Shown here one piece after another: positions 26,937-29,793 of a stretch of DNA of 29,793 nucleotides. Source of the stretch: Propionibacterium ruminifibrarum (lineage in GTDB: Bacteria; Actinomycetota; Actinomycetes; Propionibacteriales; Propionibacteriaceae); assembly GCF_900289195.1 (NCBI RefSeq), contig NZ_OMOH01000015.1:1-29793 (forward strand), given 5' to 3'. Position 1 is the stretch's first letter, and each line of letters starts with the position of its first letter. A program made the translations under genes and the position numbers. The notes beneath the pieces are model-generated. The model saw only the letters and a program-made list of their open reading frames with translations. It was not told the origin of the DNA and ran no database searches.

Positions 26937-28091
26937 ATGAACAGCGTAAACAGTTCATCAAAAAACAGTGAAACTTTTTCACATGAAATAATGGAAACAG
27001 ATCTTAATTTAACCACTGAAGAATATTCCGAATTTGATGACTTGACACCAGCAAGGGGAAGAATTTCATACTCAAACGCAAGTCTTGATATCGCCGGATT
27101 GGTATCGCGACTTAACAAGGGAGATATAATTACCCCTCAAATTGGGATAAACGATGGTGAGCTAGAGGTAAATCCTTTCCAGCGAGGATTTGTTTGGTCA
27201 AGAAAACAAATGGACTCCTTTATTGAGTCGATGCTGCTAGGATACCCCACACCAAGTCTCTTTTTTGTCAACCAGACCGACGGCCGCTTGGTTGTACTCG
27301 ATGGACAACAACGACTCCAGACTCTTCGAGTATTTTATGATGGCTCATATGGCGACAAGGACTACAAATTATCACTTAAAGGTTCTCCATATGATAAACT
27401 GTCATACGCAAAGCTTGAAGCCGATTCGAGAAGATTTCTTGATAATACCTATGTCTCAGCAACTGTTATTCGACTCGAAGATAAACCACATGCAGTCGAA
27501 GCAGTCTATGATGTCTTTGCCCGCCTAAATTCGGGGGGCACAAAACTGACCCCACATGAAATACGAATGGCTCTCTACAATGGCAGCTTAATGCAGATGA
27601 TCGACGATCTCAACAAAGATAGTAACTGGCGAAATTTATATGGCAGCGATCCTAACAAACGGTTTAGGGATCATGAACTCGTTTTGCGAATCATTGCACT
27701 CTTCAAAGATGAAGAAAACTACCATAAGCCCTTAGGTGGATTTCTCAATAGTTTCGCCCAGGAGTACAGGAACGTCGATGCCAGTTCCTTTAAATCCGAA
27801 ATAGAATTGTTTAAATACGTCACTAATGCATATACCAAAAACTACAATTCTTTATTGTTCTCAACAAGCGAAAGAAGACAGATCAATTCATCACGGGTCG
27901 ATTCACTAATGGTTGGCGCGATGAGATATGCGGCTAAAGGCAATGAACTTACCTCAAATAAAGTAGTTAAAGTTATCGAAGCTCTAAACACAAACCAAGC
28001 CTACATTGACTCTACATCAGAATCTACTTCTGACGACACCAAGGTCCACACAAGAATATCTGAAGTTTATCGCGAGTTTAGTAATGACTGA
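26937..28091 (+). CDS. DUF262 (ParB/Srx-like, GmrSD N-terminal-type) domain protein
   Basis: NPFQRGFVWSRKQMDSFIESMLLGYPTPSLFF...VVLDGQQRLQTL (the QR-x-x-VW and DGQQR motifs), plus the distal FARLNSGGTKLTPHEIRMA block. 384 aa. No DUF1524/HNH-type His-Me motif is visible. Confidence 0.8.
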   Translation: MNSVNSSSKNSETFSHEIMETDLNLTTEEYSEFDDLTPARGRISYSNASLDIAGLVSRLNKGDIITPQIGINDGELEVNPFQRGFVWSRKQMDSFIESMLLGYPTPSLFFVNQTDGRLVVLDGQQRLQTLRVFYDGSYGDKDYKLSLKGSPYDKLSYAKLEADSRRFLDNTYVSATVIRLEDKPHAVEAVYDVFARLNSGGTKLTPHEIRMALYNGSLMQMIDDLNKDSNWRNLYGSDPNKRFRDHELVLRIIALFKDEENYHKPLGGFLNSFAQEYRNVDASSFKSEIELFKYVTNAYTKNYNSLLFSTSERRQINSSRVDSLMVGAMRYAAKGNELTSNKVVKVIEALNTNQAYIDSTSESTSDDTKVHTRISEVYREFSND

Positions 28092-28701
28092 AGAGCGCCG
28101 CCAATGGATTCCAGAAACAGTTGCACATTCACTTAATGAAATGCTGCATTTAGTCAAAGAAGTAAAACTATTCCATGAAAGCGAACCTCTTTCAAATACT
28201 TTGCATTTTTTATGCAACTGGCTTTTGGTTCGTAGCTGTGGACATATTGAAGTGACAGAGCAAGCTTGTATAGAAAATTTATATCAGAGGAAGTTTGGGG
28301 CTGTTGTTTACCACTACCTCGACGAGACATCTTTCAAGACTGGACGAAATCCTCGATATAGTAACCTTTTAATGATACTCAAGCGGATAGAGAACGGTGA
28401 TATACTCGCATCTAATTTAAAGAGTTTTTTGGACAATGATTATCTCGAAGGAAAAAAATACAAAGATTATCTCGAAATGATAGTCGAGGGCAGGAACGCT
28501 ATCGTTCACGGGTATAGCTTTGATATCGAGGCCATTCGAGCCTTAGACTGTGCCAGAGCATCTGCAGCAATTAGCAACTGGTACCTTGAGCAGTTTAAGC
28601 CTGGCGGCATCGCCGAACAGGCTGTGTCGCAAGATGATGAACCGAGTGAATCCGCAAACCACCGGAGAAGAAAGAAGACAGCTACACAACTAAAGAAATA
28701 G
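28084..28701 (+). CDS. HEPN-like protein (MAE_28990/MAE_18760- or RiboL-PSP-HEPN-like), putative RNase effector
   Basis: Near the C-terminus, MIVEGRNAIVHGYSF carries an Rx4H motif followed by G-x-SF. Predicted all-helical. ATG 28084 overlaps the DUF262 stop by 8 nt (ATGACTGA). Lys/Arg-rich tail. Confidence 0.6.
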   Translation: MTEERRQWIPETVAHSLNEMLHLVKEVKLFHESEPLSNTLHFLCNWLLVRSCGHIEVTEQACIENLYQRKFGAVVYHYLDETSFKTGRNPRYSNLLMILKRIENGDILASNLKSFLDNDYLEGKKYKDYLEMIVEGRNAIVHGYSFDIEAIRALDCARASAAISNWYLEQFKPGGIAEQAVSQDDEPSESANHRRRKKTATQLKK

Positions 28702-28924
28702 TAAATCAACAATAGCTCGATAGTTGAATTAGTTGATGATTATTCAACAACTGAGGCGACAGACATAGTGCGGCCAAGGGTGTCGAGGATTGCTGGGCTA
28801 CAGGTGTGACCTAGTTGTTGACGGTGTGGGTAGGGGCTGAGAAGAACGAGCAGGTCCCTGTGGCAGCAGGGTGAGGGTGCCAAAGCCTTCATCACGTCGG
28901 GTCAGCCAAAGAAAAACCTGCTCT

Positions 28925-29057
28925 ATGGCACACCGCTACGTCCCGCTCACCCTCGAGGGCCGTCGCCGCTTAGTCGCACGTTGCCAGCATCTCCCGATCG
29001 CGCATATCACGAGTAGCTCACGGACTTGCGTGTCGAAGTGGGTGAACCGGTGGCTGG
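28925..29057 (+). pseudogene. N-terminal fragment of an IS481-family transposase gene
   Basis: MAHRYVPLTLEGRRRLVARCQHLPIAHITSSSRTCVSKWVNRW matches the IS481 N-terminal HTH pattern (ARLT..GR..LV.R...P.AHVA...G.SR....KWV.RW). Similarity ends exactly where the opposite-strand transposase gene ends. Confidence 0.55.
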
Positions 29058-29062
29058 AGTGC

Positions 29063-29793
29063 TTAGTTGTAGTTGCGCATGACGTTGGTGACGCCGGTGG
29101 GGAGTCGTGTGGCGGGGGGCTGGTCTCGGCAGGCGGTGTGGGGTCGATGGTAGTTGTAGTGGATGTTCCAGATGGCGGCGGCTTGGGCTCGTTCGGTTTC
29201 TGAGTGGTAGGGGCGGGCGTAGAGAAGCTCCTCGGCCAGGATCCGGTTATAGCGCTCAACCTTGCCGTTGTGTCGTGGCGTGTAGGGCCGGGTCCGCTGA
29301 TGGGTGATGCCCTGGGTTTTGAGTCGGGCGGTGAACAGTTCGCTGGTGTAACACGGCCCGTTGTCAGTAATCACGCGAGTGATCTCGGTGATGCGGTGGG
29401 CTGCGAAGAAGGCTTGCGCGTTGCGCCAAAACTCCAACACGGTGGCGGCTTTCTCATCGGTATGGGGTTCGGTATAGGCCAGCCGGGAGAACCCGTCGAT
29501 TGCCGAGTGCAGGTAGGCGTAGCCGACCTTCTGCCGCGGGCCAGCCTTGCCGCGGCCGCGAGACCGCCAGCCCCCACCATCGGGGATCCGTCCGACCTTC
29601 TTCACATCCAGGTGGACCATGTGGCCCTTGTAGCGGGCAGTGATCTTGCCCGGCTTGCGCAACAGCTCGCCGTCGACATCAAGCCAGCGGCGACGATTCA
29701 ACCCCAGCCGACGAAGCCAACGACCGACAGTGGCCTGAGAGATCTCGACGCCTGTGTCGGTGAGCTCGATCCAGATCAACCGCGCCGACCACT
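29063..29793 (-). mobile_element. IS481-family transposase gene (DDE/rve core), 5' end outside the window
   Basis: HLDVKKVGRIPDGGGW (D), ITDNGPCYTS (D), RPYTPRHNGKVERYN (E) and the family-typical C-terminus YNYHRPHTA...VTNVMRNYN. The frame stays open to the window edge. Confidence 0.88.

Larger units (their letters stand above)
26735..28755. other. low-GC island (likely horizontally acquired)
   Basis: Sampled lines give roughly 30-43% GC against roughly 65-70% in the flanks. Codons in both island genes are A/T-rich at the third position, the opposite of the host genes. Confidence 0.85.

Noticed and set aside
28006-28083. Upstream start for the HEPN-like ORF
   Set aside because: It would overlap gene 1 by 86 nt. 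ATG 28084 gives the classic 8-nt coupled overlap.
26912-28712. Small minus-strand ORFs inside the low-GC island (26912-27118, 28017-28217, 28506-28712)
   Set aside because: They are 66-68 aa, antisense to the two well-supported island genes, and have no motifs. Stop-poor stretches of this size can arise by chance.
22410-29793. Direct repeat of the tRNA-Leu 3' end (attR) within the window
   Set aside because: Scanning by eye found only an 8-nt GTGAGGGT match near 28871, which is too short to mean anything. If a true attR exists, it lies beyond the window.

Overview
This is a high-GC window (about 65-70% by eye), typical of an actinobacterium, and it falls into two parts. All functional calls come from motif recognition by eye. 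No HMM, BLAST or folding was run, and GC values are estimates from sampled lines.

Positions 1 to about 22,350 look like core chromosome. They carry:
- two translationally coupled dynamin-like GTPases next to a PrsW-type intramembrane protease
- tRNA-Arg, tRNA-His and tRNA-Lys
- an MFS transporter, oligoribonuclease, an LtrA-like protein and a GNAT acetyltransferase
- a membrane protein with a Gln/Pro-rich repeat tail
- a TetR regulator divergent from a YhgE/Pip-like membrane protein
- murT-gatD
- a P1B-type ATPase followed by an ArsR regulator
- a GroES-like gene with a DUF3618 gene, and bcp
- two stand-alone TPR-array proteins flanking a GlsB/YeaQ gene

Everything after tRNA-Leu (22352-22436) looks accessory. 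It carries:
- a decayed mazEF remnant
- an MFS exporter
- an HTH-MNT antitoxin with a nonsense-interrupted HepT toxin
- an orphan ArsR regulator
- an orphan SMI1/KNR4 (SUKH) immunity-type gene
- nested IS481-family transposase genes running off the window end
- a roughly 2 kb low-GC island (about 35-40% GC, 26735-28755)

The low-GC island is the strongest candidate for an uncharacterised system. It holds two overlapping genes: a DUF262 (ParB/Srx-like, DGQQR motif) protein and a HEPN-like protein with an RNxxxH motif. I read this pair as a horizontally acquired two-gene defence or abortive-infection module.
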